This document shows, piece by piece, positions 1 to 8,409 of a stretch of 20,000 bases of DNA. The notes under the pieces are model-generated. The model had not been told where the DNA came from. It did not search any database and saw only the letters and a list, made by a program, of their open reading frames with translations. Origin of the DNA: an uncultured virus (IMG/VR IMGVR_UViG_3300027973_000051) (lineage: Duplodnaviria; Heunggongvirae; Uroviricota; Caudoviricetes). The DNA lies in the IMG/VR virus record IMGVR_UViG_3300027973_000051. The stretch is one strand, 5' to 3'. Both the position numbers and the translations under genes were made by a program. Position 1 is the first letter of the stretch. Each line of letters opens with the position of its first letter.

Positions 1-232
1 TTAAAACCAAAGTTGCATTATCTGTAATAATTCCAGGAGTTGAAGTAGGTCTCTTAACCTTCATAGCAATATCCCACTCAGATCCTTCACCTTTTAAAAC
101 CAAAGGCTGTTTAGCATCATCTGTTACATAAACCTTAAATCCAGAAGTATCTCCACGAACAACAGTCCAAATAACAGTTGGTGGGGCATTACCAATATCG
201 TATGATGTCTGAGATCCTCTTAAAGTTGCCAT
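1..232 (-). CDS. Virion structural protein, 'RGDT' baseplate/tail-associated type (runs off the window edge)
   Basis: Hand translation MATLRGSQTSYDIGNAPPTVIWTVVRGDTSGFKVYV... is open to position 1. Shares W-x-(I/V)-VRGDTS with ORF 8409-8789. TGGTATAAT lies 6 nt before the ATG. Confidence 0.75.
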   Translation of the reverse strand, partial: MATLRGSQTSYDIGNAPPTVIWTVVRGDTSGFKVYVTDDAKQPLVLKGEGSEWDIAMKVKRPTSTPGIITDNATLVL

Positions 233-250
233 GATTAGATTATACCATCA

Positions 251-775
251 TTAGGCTAGACCGTTCTTGAGTGCGCCCCAAGTACCGTTGCCTTTTGCCT
301 CTACTATAATAATCCCAGTTGCATTTGAGTGTGCAACAACCCCTACAGCACCACCTGCAGTTACTGGTTTACTTCCATCTACTTCTGGTCCAACTAAGCC
401 ACCTGTTTCTCCAACATAAAGAGTATCACCATTGTCAAAACTTGAGGTGTTAATATTTTGAAGAACTCCTGCTACAACACACACACCTGATTGACCATTT
501 GTCAATTGTGTTTTTAATAAACCAAGAATTGGAGATGTAGTTGTAGGAAGTGCTTTTGATATTGTTGTTGCTGTTGAGTAACCTGTTGCATAAACAGGGG
601 TGCCAGCAGAAAGTGTTTGACCAGAATTATTAATAACACTAACCTGAATAATAGATGTATCTATTCCATTTAATGCAATTTGTACGCTTGTTGCAAGATC
701 TTTAAAATCTCCATGAACATTAACTGGATCATTAGCCAGCGGATACTGTAAATTCCAATTTTCTGTGGTTGCCAT
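251..775 (-). CDS. Putative virion decoration/fibre protein
   Basis: 174-aa Gly/Thr/Val-rich ORF. N-terminal YP..D segment resembles phage fibre anchors; GTPVY...KA...ILGL...NG..G pattern resembles capsid cement/fibre domains. Confidence 0.55.
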   Translation of the reverse strand: MATTENWNLQYPLANDPVNVHGDFKDLATSVQIALNGIDTSIIQVSVINNSGQTLSAGTPVYATGYSTATTISKALPTTTSPILGLLKTQLTNGQSGVCVVAGVLQNINTSSFDNGDTLYVGETGGLVGPEVDGSKPVTAGGAVGVVAHSNATGIIIVEAKGNGTWGALKNGLA

Positions 776-802
776 AATAAATTAATTATACCATGCTCAA
801 AT

Positions 803-875
803 TTGATTTTATGGACAAAATTATGCTATACTTGTCAGTAGACACCTACCAGGGTGTTATTGTTTTCTAAGGAGG
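803..875 (+). promoter_or_regulatory. Sigma70-type promoter and RBS for the lysozyme-like gene
   Basis: TTGATT (803-808), 18 nt, TATACT (827-832) with TGn extension. AAGGAGG at 869-875 before ATG 881. Confidence 0.6.
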
Positions 876-880
876 AAACT

Positions 881-1429
881 ATGATTAAATTTATCGAAAG
901 AAACAAAGAGATCATCAGCATACTCAGTATTTCTGCTTTAGTTAGTGTTATGTCAAATTCTGCTAATGCTACTATTAATGATTTAAAGCCCGAACAGGCT
1001 CAGAACGTGACAACAACCTCGCAAGAGGTTTTTTTGGTTTCTAAGCAAAAAAGGTTGGAGAGTTTTGCAAATAAGGCATCTCTAACTGATTTAGAACTAA
1101 AACAAATGCTACACCTTGTAGGGTTCAAAGGAAAGGATCTTATTGAGGCTTGGGCAGTGGCAAAAAAGGAATCTGGAGGAAGACCCCTAGCATTTAATGG
1201 CAACCAGAAGACTGGAGACAGTTCTTATGGAATTTTTCAAATAAATATGCTTGGTATTCTTGGTCCAGATCGTAGAAACAAGTTTGATTTATCGTCAAAT
1301 GCTGAACTTCTCAATCCCGTGCTTAATGCACAGATTGCATTTTATATGACCGATGGTGGAAAAGATTGGTCCTCTTGGCATGGGTTAACTGCTAAGACCA
1401 AAGAATTAATGAAACAATTTCCAAACTAA
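881..1429 (+). CDS. Lysozyme-like/lytic transglycosylase protein with N-terminal signal or anchor
   Basis: WAVAKKESGG (catalytic ES), GDSSYGIFQIN, NP..NA.IA and DWSSW motifs. Hydrophobic N-terminus IISILSISALVSVM. Start at 881 supported by the RBS. Confidence 0.85.
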   Translation: MIKFIERNKEIISILSISALVSVMSNSANATINDLKPEQAQNVTTTSQEVFLVSKQKRLESFANKASLTDLELKQMLHLVGFKGKDLIEAWAVAKKESGGRPLAFNGNQKTGDSSYGIFQINMLGILGPDRRNKFDLSSNAELLNPVLNAQIAFYMTDGGKDWSSWHGLTAKTKELMKQFPN

Positions 1430-1435
1430 AAACAT

Positions 1436-2314
1436 TTAGTCTAAATTAATCCCCACTATTTTTTGATATTGCTCAAAGAGTAGTGGGGATTTTATTCCAT
1501 ATTCACCTATATTTTTGTCTCCCGTTAATATTGCTTCAACCCTTTGATTTGATTTTGCTCTCAACTCTCCCCAATTAGGATTATCTTCCCAATGCAACCT
1601 TCTTTTTGAGTTTACTAAATTATAGTTTGTAAACATAAACTTAGTTACTGGAGAAACGATTCTAATACCTCGTGTGTACGCTCTTATGGCAAGTGAAAAC
1701 TCTTCGCCCTCAAAATATAACTCTTTATCATATGGTAACTCCTTCATAATCTCAGATGTTGTAAAAATGCAGCCAGCACAAATATACAAAACCTCATCAC
1801 CAAACTCTTTATCTTGCACTTCGGACCATGGCATTTTTGATCCGACTATCCTTAAATTTTTATCCCAATTAGGCTCAATTTTTTTTAATGTCTCATACGG
1901 TAGTGTTATGTATGAGTCTTCTGTTAACTCAAAAGGGTCGGGGTAATTTGTTAATATTAATCTATCACCCCAAAAAGATTTAGATTTGTTATAATTATTT
2001 ATAATAGTTGTATCCCAGTTTAAAGCAAACCTAGAGTGTGAGTCTATTTGTAAAAAATATTTACCTATAGGTTTGGCTGTCGCAATTGATCTTGCCCAAC
2101 ATGCACCTTTGCTTTCTGACCAATGAGTTTTAATATATCTTATCTGTTTATTTGGTATAAATGATAGGTCTGCATGTTCAGCATCTTCTGCTTGAGAAAA
2201 TACTGAAAAAAACAATGAATCTTTATTGTCTGCATTTTCATAACAATTTTTTACGGTATTTACAAGATCTGGATCTCTATAACTTGCTATACTAATAAAG
2301 ATTAGTTTATCCAT
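1436..2314 (-). CDS. GT-A glycosyltransferase, Skp1-hydroxyproline/polypeptide GlcNAc-transferase-like (GT60)
   Basis: IFISIASYRDP, SKGACWAR, YFLQIDSHSRF (DxH), NWD and YFEGEE..LA.RA.T.G motifs. Confidence 0.8.
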   Translation of the reverse strand: MDKLIFISIASYRDPDLVNTVKNCYENADNKDSLFFSVFSQAEDAEHADLSFIPNKQIRYIKTHWSESKGACWARSIATAKPIGKYFLQIDSHSRFALNWDTTIINNYNKSKSFWGDRLILTNYPDPFELTEDSYITLPYETLKKIEPNWDKNLRIVGSKMPWSEVQDKEFGDEVLYICAGCIFTTSEIMKELPYDKELYFEGEEFSLAIRAYTRGIRIVSPVTKFMFTNYNLVNSKRRLHWEDNPNWGELRAKSNQRVEAILTGDKNIGEYGIKSPLLFEQYQKIVGINLD

Positions 2315-2886
2315 GATACAACTGCATACCTTGTACCACTTGTGACTTCTAGAACAGAATGATTATATACATATGTTGATGGAAACATGATTAGTTGATT
2401 TGCTTTTGGTTTAAACTTAATATCAAACCTTGGAAAAACTATTTCTCCGCCTTCGTAATCATCATTAAAATAATATACATTCGAAACAGTTCTTGGGTAT
2501 TCTGGATGGTGGTCAACATGATTTGTAAAAAACTGGCCTTTACCATATCTTAAAATATCATATGAGGAGTGATCTGAAAAACTAAGACCATAGGTTCCCT
2601 TATATTCTCTTTCAAACTTATCAAAGGAATTAAAGAATGTTTCTGAAAGTGTTTTTTCAAAAAAGTCTCTTGGTGTTGGGTATACGCCATCAAATTCTGA
2701 TAAATATGGAACATATATTGAATCTGTGTCTCTAATTTTTTTATTTTCTCCACTATCAATTGCTGCAGCATTCCAGGGGATAAGTCCACTTTGTACTACA
2801 TCCTCTATGTCTTTTGGAAATGATTCATAATCATCTAGTACATCTGAATATACTACAATTCCTGGTGCAATTTCTTCTTTTATCAT
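2302..2886 (-). CDS. Prolyl 4-hydroxylase-like 2OG-Fe(II) dioxygenase
   Basis: LRYGKGQFF..HVD (HxD), YFNDDYEGGE..F, FPS...Y.H.V..V.SGTRY. Probable start MIKEEIAPG at 2886, just after the upstream stop. Confidence 0.88.
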   Translation of the reverse strand: MIKEEIAPGIVVYSDVLDDYESFPKDIEDVVQSGLIPWNAAAIDSGENKKIRDTDSIYVPYLSEFDGVYPTPRDFFEKTLSETFFNSFDKFEREYKGTYGLSFSDHSSYDILRYGKGQFFTNHVDHHPEYPRTVSNVYYFNDDYEGGEIVFPRFDIKFKPKANQLIMFPSTYVYNHSVLEVTSGTRYAVVSWIN

Positions 2887-2887
2887 T

Positions 2888-3151
2888 TTACCATTTACCA
2901 ATTGGGCATGATGCTTTTGCAAGTGTTGTTTTTGCTTTCATAAAGCATCCACATTTTTTGCATTGAGTTGTTAATTTAATCATTTCTGGACAAGCCTTAC
3001 AAATTTGGTATCTTATATCAGACTCTTCTTTTGGCAAAAAGTCAGAATTTGGATTTAACATGTCCCAAGGCTTAACAGTATCTGGATCTTTCATGTACCC
3101 AGCCATTTCAGCAATTTTATGAAATGCAGATTTTGTATTATTTTCTTCCAT
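2888..3151 (-). CDS. Small Cys-rich putative metal-binding protein (DUF6171-like)
   Basis: R..ICxxC...CxxCGCFM..K..L..ASCPIGKW. Paralogue at 11783-11980. Confidence 0.75.
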   Translation of the reverse strand: MEENNTKSAFHKIAEMAGYMKDPDTVKPWDMLNPNSDFLPKEESDIRYQICKACPEMIKLTTQCKKCGCFMKAKTTLAKASCPIGKW

Positions 3152-3173
3152 TTAAAAATTATACCATAGAGAA

Positions 3174-5420
3174 CTATACTGTGTCTGGACGGTCAAATAC
3201 TAACATTTTTGTTGTAAAGAAGTTGTCATATGGTTCGCAGTTAATAGAAACCTTGTCTAGTGTCATATATACTGTTTCTATTAGTTCAATATTTTTAAAG
3301 TCTCCAAGTTCTGGTGAGAATATTTGATATGTAGCATCAATATCTACAGCCTTTATAAATCTTGTAACTCCATCTTTTTTAACTAAGACATAGTGAGACT
3401 TAGAGAACAAATCTCCTTCAATATAAATAAACTCATCTTCTTGTGCAATATTAATAGCAACAATTTCAGTCTCTACAATATTTTCCATATCTAAAGATAT
3501 ATCAGATGATTGCCATGTTGTCCAGTCTGTTACATTATCATCAATCTTAAGAGCAAGTAGTTTATCTCCCACCTTTAGTTCTCCTGCTGATTTTTTAGAT
3601 CCTGGGGCTCCTGCGGTAAGTATGTCAGTCAAAATACTTATTGAGTTGAAGAAACCAAATGCTCCAAACGTTTCTCCGCCAGAAGGTACAAACGAGAAGG
3701 CTCCAAATGCAGTAAATCCTGATGGAGTAAAGGAAAACGCCGAAGGCGTAAATGAGAATGCACCAAATGCACCGAAGGCGCTAAATGTTGCTGGTGCTGG
3801 ATTGCATACGCACCGTCCAGCGCAATTAATTGTTCCAGCACATCCATCTGCTCCAGTACAATCCATATCGGCATTAGCACTACATGGTGCTGCAGTTGGT
3901 GCTACAGTAGCCGTTGGTGCAGGAGTTGTTGTTACGGTTGGTGCGGGAGTCGTTGTTACAGTTGGTGCGGGAGTTGTTGTTGGTGCTGCTGGACAGTCCC
4001 AATAATAAGCCAATGTACAAGGATTCTGGTAAATTGCAACTGGTGTTGAAGAACCATTACACTGTCTATTTTCAATCCCTTGATAAACTAAATTACAATT
4101 TGTAGGTGCAGGTGTTGTGGTAACCGTTGGTGTTGGTGAAGGAGTTGGTGAAGGAGTTGGTGAAGGAGTTGGTGAAGGAGTTGGTGTTGGAGTTGGTGTA
4201 CATGTTGGAACTGTAGGATATCCAGGGTATCCAGATGTAGAACAAGATGTTGCATAGTCATTACATAAAGAACCACTTACATCATAACTTGCAGTACCTT
4301 GCTCAGTTGATCCATTTTGATACTTTGTTGAGCAATACCAAGTTGTCCCTGGTGTAGGTGTTGGTGTAACTGTAGGGGTTGGTGTTGCTGAAGGCGTTGG
4401 CGTTGGCGTTGTTGTTGGAGTTGGTGTACAATTTATGGTTGGATAACCACTTGTGCTTGTTGTTGCATCTGTTAAAATACCAGTCATACAAAAACTTTCA
4501 AGGCTATCTAATGCTTGAATTAAGCCAACATTACTAGAGCCATGCACTAATACACCATCACAACATCCCGATGCATACCAAGTTGATGGTGCAGGTGTTG
4601 GTGTTGGTGTTTGAGTTGGAGCAGGTGTACAACTTGGTGTTCCGCTAGTTGGTGTTGATCCACAAACCCATCCAATTGGTGGATAACCATTTGCATTTTC
4701 TTGTGCAGCATATGCATCAGCACATGATGAAGATGTCTGAAATGGTCCATATCCAGTATTTGTTAAATCACAATAACCAAAGTAATTTGTTCCAGCAGTT
4801 GTAGTTGGTGTTGGAGTTGTTGTAGGTGTTGGAGTACAATTAACAGAAGGATAAGAAGTTCCATAAACAACAGTTCTTTGTGTTGGTCCTACTAAACTTT
4901 GTGTACAGAAACTATCTAATGCATCAAGTGCATTTGCTTCTGATGAAAGACTGCTTCCATGAATTAGTACACCATCACAACATCCTGATGCATACCACCC
5001 AGTTATTCCAGTGCTTGTTGGTGTTGGTGTAACTGTTGGTGTTGGTGTTGGAGTTGGAGTTGGTGTAACTGTTGGTGTTGGTGTTGGTGTTGGTGTTGGT
5101 GTTGTAGTAGATGTAGGAGCAGGAGTAGTTGTTGGTCCTGGTGTAGAAGTTGGTGCTGGTGTAGAAGTTGGTGCTGGAACATAAGCATAATAAATAAAAC
5201 TTACATCTGACTCATACTGAACAAGATCTCCAGCATTAGGAAGTTGAGATGCAATTTTATCACTTAAAGATGCGTTAGATGTATTAGAAGATCCACCATT
5301 AATAGGATTTAGTCCTGAACTATAAATTGTAGCAATTGCTTGGGCTGTTGTTAGGTTAGAAAGATTTGGTACTGTTACCATTCCTTTTGATGATGACCAT
5401 AGACCAAATGAGTTTAACAT
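3174..5420 (-). CDS. PASTA + Pro/Thr-rich mucin-like repeats + Cys modules + Phe-rich tract + C-terminal Hint-like domain; probable virion surface/fibre protein
   Basis: N-terminal VTVPNL...A...I...GL...IASQLPNAG (PASTA). Several (TP)n tracts and a duplicated WYASGCCDGVLxHGSS module. C-terminal S-ISILTDILT..ELKVGD, SKSH and INCEPYDNFF..LVFD blocks. Confidence 0.8.
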   Translation of the reverse strand: MLNSFGLWSSSKGMVTVPNLSNLTTAQAIATIYSSGLNPINGGSSNTSNASLSDKIASQLPNAGDLVQYESDVSFIYYAYVPAPTSTPAPTSTPGPTTTPAPTSTTTPTPTPTPTPTVTPTPTPTPTPTVTPTPTSTGITGWYASGCCDGVLIHGSSLSSEANALDALDSFCTQSLVGPTQRTVVYGTSYPSVNCTPTPTTTPTPTTTAGTNYFGYCDLTNTGYGPFQTSSSCADAYAAQENANGYPPIGWVCGSTPTSGTPSCTPAPTQTPTPTPAPSTWYASGCCDGVLVHGSSNVGLIQALDSLESFCMTGILTDATTSTSGYPTINCTPTPTTTPTPTPSATPTPTVTPTPTPGTTWYCSTKYQNGSTEQGTASYDVSGSLCNDYATSCSTSGYPGYPTVPTCTPTPTPTPSPTPSPTPSPTPSPTPTVTTTPAPTNCNLVYQGIENRQCNGSSTPVAIYQNPCTLAYYWDCPAAPTTTPAPTVTTTPAPTVTTTPAPTATVAPTAAPCSANADMDCTGADGCAGTINCAGRCVCNPAPATFSAFGAFGAFSFTPSAFSFTPSGFTAFGAFSFVPSGGETFGAFGFFNSISILTDILTAGAPGSKKSAGELKVGDKLLALKIDDNVTDWTTWQSSDISLDMENIVETEIVAINIAQEDEFIYIEGDLFSKSHYVLVKKDGVTRFIKAVDIDATYQIFSPELGDFKNIELIETVYMTLDKVSINCEPYDNFFTTKMLVFDRPDTV
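3895..5180 (-). repeat. Coding tandem repeats for Thr-Pro tracts (6-, 12-, 18- and 24-nt units)
   Basis: (GGTGTT)n, GGAGTTGGTGAA repeats at about 4135-4180, and PAPTVTTT-type units at about 3915-3985 inside the 748-aa ORF. Confidence 0.9.
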
Positions 5421-5426
5421 TTTGAA

Positions 5427-6059
5427 CTACGCCTTCAAATCGCCAATAAGAATCCAAGTATTTGTATCGTCTTTAAGAAGTACCGCACCAGAATATTGAC
5501 TTGCTATTCTTTTGTTTCCATTCTTACTATTTATTGTTACGCCAACTGTTGCTCCAGCAATTGTAACTTCTCCAGAGCCGTTTCTAATAATTTCAATTTT
5601 TTGTCCAACTACAAAAGGAACAGAACTATTTAGTGGAACTGTAATTATCTTGTCTGTTGCTGCAGTTACTCTAATTGTTTTACCTGCATCTAAAAGTGCA
5701 ACTGTGTAGTTGTCTGTTTTAGAAAGAATGTGTGCGGAATCATTATATTCTCTCCATGCACCATTATAATAATATTGAATTTCATTTACAACATTTCCAG
5801 TTGAATCTTGTCTAACAAAAGCAACTACTCCATTTGCTGGAGATGTAATTGCAGCATCTCTTGCTGCTGGATTAAGAAAATTATTAATTCCTGCTTTTGC
5901 ATTTACAACACTATCAAAAGAAACAGTAGAGGCAAATGTGTGTGCCCCATTCCAATCAAAGTTAGCAGCAGTATTTGTTGAACCTGCTACTGGATACCAA
6001 GTATCGCTTCCTTGATCATATATATAAGCAATTTTTCCAATTGAACTAGTTGTTGTCAT
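5427..6059 (-). CDS. Tail fibre/virion structural protein
   Basis: RDAAITSP.NG..AF and YYYNG.W motifs. C-terminal Y T..L.DAG...ITVP...F..GQ.I.I...G.G.VTI...W.LIGDL domain is typical of phage fibres. Confidence 0.7.
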   Translation of the reverse strand: MTTTSSIGKIAYIYDQGSDTWYPVAGSTNTAANFDWNGAHTFASTVSFDSVVNAKAGINNFLNPAARDAAITSPANGVVAFVRQDSTGNVVNEIQYYYNGAWREYNDSAHILSKTDNYTVALLDAGKTIRVTAATDKIITVPLNSSVPFVVGQKIEIIRNGSGEVTIAGATVGVTINSKNGNKRIASQYSGAVLLKDDTNTWILIGDLKA

Positions 6060-6162
6060 CTGATCTTAGCCCCAATGCTCTTAATTCTGCTTCAGTTAAT
6101 CCAAGAGCAACCAACTTTGCAATTCCAATTTCTTTTAATTCTTGTTCTGATGTTTTAGCCAT
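6046..6162 (-). CDS. Small protein, possible fibre-associated chaperone (38 aa)
   Basis: MAKTSEQELKEIGIAKLVALGLTEAELRALGLRSDDNN. Coupled to the upstream stop by TAATG and fills the gap between structural genes. Confidence 0.6.
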   Translation of the reverse strand: MAKTSEQELKEIGIAKLVALGLTEAELRALGLRSDDNN

Positions 6163-6599
6163 TATGCACCGATCTCTTTCCACTCAGTACCGCTATAAAC
6201 ATACATAGTAAGTGGTGATGAAGATGAATCAACCCAAAGCATTCCAACCGTTAAATCTGTTGTTGGAGCAGTTGAAGCATAACTTGCTGCAGCAGGTGTT
6301 GCCTCAGAAATTGCTGTTGAATTTGAGTCTACCCAAATAAAACCTTCTAGTGGGGCAGATGGCTTTGTTGAACTATACTCTGCACCAGTTCCAAGTTCTT
6401 CTTGATCTGTTACTCTGTCAGATAGAGCCTTAAGATGTCCTGCAACAGAGTTTGCTGGAATAAGTGATACATCTGTATTTGTTGGATCATAAGTTGAAGA
6501 TCCGTAGTGAAAAAGTTTAAGCGCTGCCTGAATATCTGCTGGATCATCGTATCCAGGAACTTTAGTTGGGTAGAGTGCCCCTATATTTTCTGCAGCCAT
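6162..6599 (-). CDS. Virion structural protein (fibre-associated)
   Basis: 145 aa with duplicated P....G.(I/L)WVDS.S motif and a YVYSG.EW tail. Confidence 0.65.
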   Translation of the reverse strand: MAAENIGALYPTKVPGYDDPADIQAALKLFHYGSSTYDPTNTDVSLIPANSVAGHLKALSDRVTDQEELGTGAEYSSTKPSAPLEGFIWVDSNSTAISEATPAAASYASTAPTTDLTVGMLWVDSSSSPLTMYVYSGTEWKEIGA

Positions 6600-6607
6600 A
6601 CATAAGA

Positions 6608-7186
6608 TTATACCACAGAAATAGACATATGAACGGTATAAGTATTATCTGGAAGTGGTGCCCAATTAGTACCGTCAAATTGTATTGCTGTTAAAGTAAT
6701 TGGCAATGTGTTTGACAGTGTTACTTCTCCCACCCCAATAGACACAGAAACAGGTCCAGTTGTATTAATTACACTTGCCTGAATATTAAAACTAGCAGCA
6801 GTTACTACGCCAATTCTATCTGATGGAACAATGTCAATAAGATTAATAGCAAATTCAGCAATACCGTCAGTAAATGACTTGCTTGCATAATTCTTATTAA
6901 AAAGGTTGGGGATTAATCTAAACAATCTCTTCCAAGTAAGGGTTCCGTCTTGTGATATATATTGGTACATATAAAGGTATTCATCACTTTGTGGTCCAAC
7001 ATTAATTACCATGTCATTTAACTGATACCCGCTTGGAAGCAGATTAGGAAAATCATTTGGACTATCAGAAAGATTATAGATATAACTTCCACGAGATCCT
7101 GCTGGACCAAAATCAACTTCAACATTTACTGTTGATGGTCCACCAAAAACTGTTAAATCTTCTGAGGAAACAACTATCTCTGCCAC
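6608..7186 (-). CDS. Putative virion structural protein
   Basis: 192-aa ORF with DFGP.G.RGS, co-oriented in the structural operon. Confidence 0.6.
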   Translation of the reverse strand: MAEIVVSSEDLTVFGGPSTVNVEVDFGPAGSRGSYIYNLSDSPNDFPNLLPSGYQLNDMVINVGPQSDEYLYMYQYISQDGTLTWKRLFRLIPNLFNKNYASKSFTDGIAEFAINLIDIVPSDRIGVVTAASFNIQASVINTTGPVSVSIGVGEVTLSNTLPITLTAIQFDGTNWAPLPDNTYTVHMSISVV

Positions 7187-7560
7187 TAGATTGCTCCAGT
7201 GACATCTTCAGTAACTGATATTGTTCCAGTAAGGAGCGTGTGAATTACTGGAGTTGTTCCTGGCTTTGTAACCTGAACATCGTATACATATGTCAATGAC
7301 GAACTTAGATTTCTTCCAGTTCCTGGAATTATTGTACACGTAATATAAAATGGTCCGTCAACGCCGTCTTGCTTAATTTCTGCCAATGCCTCTATTTGTC
7401 CAGATACGCCAGATGAACCACGTGATGGTGCAATTGTAAAAGCAGCACTTCCATAATCTGTTAAATCAAAATATGCTCCGCTAGAAATTTTTGGGAAAAT
7501 GTTAAACTCAAAGGTATCACCCTTGTAGTAATTAAAATTATATGTGCCTGGAAATGCCAT
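7186..7560 (-). CDS. Baseplate/tail-associated protein (GDT...YVYDVQ...TLLTG type)
   Basis: YKGDTF, YVYDVQV and TLLTGTISVTEDVT motifs. Confidence 0.65.
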   Translation of the reverse strand: MAFPGTYNFNYYKGDTFEFNIFPKISSGAYFDLTDYGSAAFTIAPSRGSSGVSGQIEALAEIKQDGVDGPFYITCTIIPGTGRNLSSSLTYVYDVQVTKPGTTPVIHTLLTGTISVTEDVTGAI

Positions 7561-7567
7561 AGAATTA

Positions 7568-8302
7568 TTATACCACGCTGACGTATACAGAATTAAGGAT
7601 TACTGATGCATCATAGTCTGTTCTGAGTTGAGGGACTGCTCCATTGCCCCACATTTTTTGGTTTTCAATAAAAATCTGCTGAGTAAAGGATATGTTATAA
7701 ACATGTTGATATTTGAAAGACCCAATTAATGATGCAACCTCTTGTTCATGGCTTGGGAAAAAAGTTCTTAGCCAAACCTCTGTATTTGTATTAAATGTTG
7801 TTAGTTCAAAGTTATAAGTTATAAAGACTTGCGCTCCCACATTTAATCCTTTAAAATTTAACATCTTTGAATGTGAATTCCAAAAACTTACACAGTCACT
7901 TGGTAAAAACTCTTCATTAGATTCACCAGAAACCATTTGTAAGTTTACCCAACCATCGATTCCTTTTGTGGCTCCAAGTCTTATATCTGATGGAGAACCA
8001 TTAAAATATGATGCCCAACCTGCTTGCTGTCCTGAAGAAGATAGAGAACTTTTACCATCTTTACCGTTTGGACCTTGAATTCCTTTTGGTCCTGTTTTTC
8101 CTTCTGGTCCTTGAGGTCCTTCTTTACCATCTTTTCCATCTTTACCATCTCTTCCTGCGGGACCTTGTGGACCTTGGGGCCCAGGGACTGGAAGGAAAGA
8201 AAGAGTATTTTCTTGATAAGGAGATGACTGACTCTGTTCTACTTGTGCAGCATAAGAAGATTTTTTTGCATTAGGAAAGTCCATAGATTTAGAAGCAGCC
8301 AT
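7568..8302 (-). CDS. Collagen-like repeat virion protein
   Basis: Continuous Gly-X-Y run GPQGPQGPAGRDGKDGKDGKEGPQGPEGKTGPKGIQGPNGKDGK, followed by a beta-rich domain. Confidence 0.8.
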   Translation of the reverse strand: MAASKSMDFPNAKKSSYAAQVEQSQSSPYQENTLSFLPVPGPQGPQGPAGRDGKDGKDGKEGPQGPEGKTGPKGIQGPNGKDGKSSLSSSGQQAGWASYFNGSPSDIRLGATKGIDGWVNLQMVSGESNEEFLPSDCVSFWNSHSKMLNFKGLNVGAQVFITYNFELTTFNTNTEVWLRTFFPSHEQEVASLIGSFKYQHVYNISFTQQIFIENQKMWGNGAVPQLRTDYDASVILNSVYVSVV

Positions 8303-8322
8303 AAGGACATTATCTCACTGTA

Positions 8323-8409
8323 TTATTTGTTTACTTTAAAGACTTTGTTTTTAATTCTAATTACTGGTGGCAACTCAGGTCTTGGAGTTGTTACTTTAAC
8401 TACCGCCAT
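8323..8409 (-). CDS. Small basic hypothetical protein (28 aa)
   Basis: MAVVKVTTPRPELPPVIRIKNKVFKVNK, with TAATG overlap to the upstream stop. Confidence 0.5.
   Translation of the reverse strand: MAVVKVTTPRPELPPVIRIKNKVFKVNK

Noticed and set aside
3174..3644. Canonical splicing intein or homing element
   Set aside because: No terminal Asn, no Cys/Ser/Thr at +1, essentially no C-extein and no endonuclease domain.
3895..5180. Tandem repeats as a CRISPR array or telomere-like repeat
   Set aside because: Units are in-frame multiples of 3 encoding TP tracts, with no unique spacers and no cas genes.
3622..5188. Alternative-frame ORFs rich in His/Gln/Leu or Val/Gly (3622-4005, 3638-3880, 4088-4276, 4547-4750, 5003-5188 and others)
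   Set aside because: Shadows of the Thr-Pro repeat codons of the 748-aa gene, with no independent start signals.
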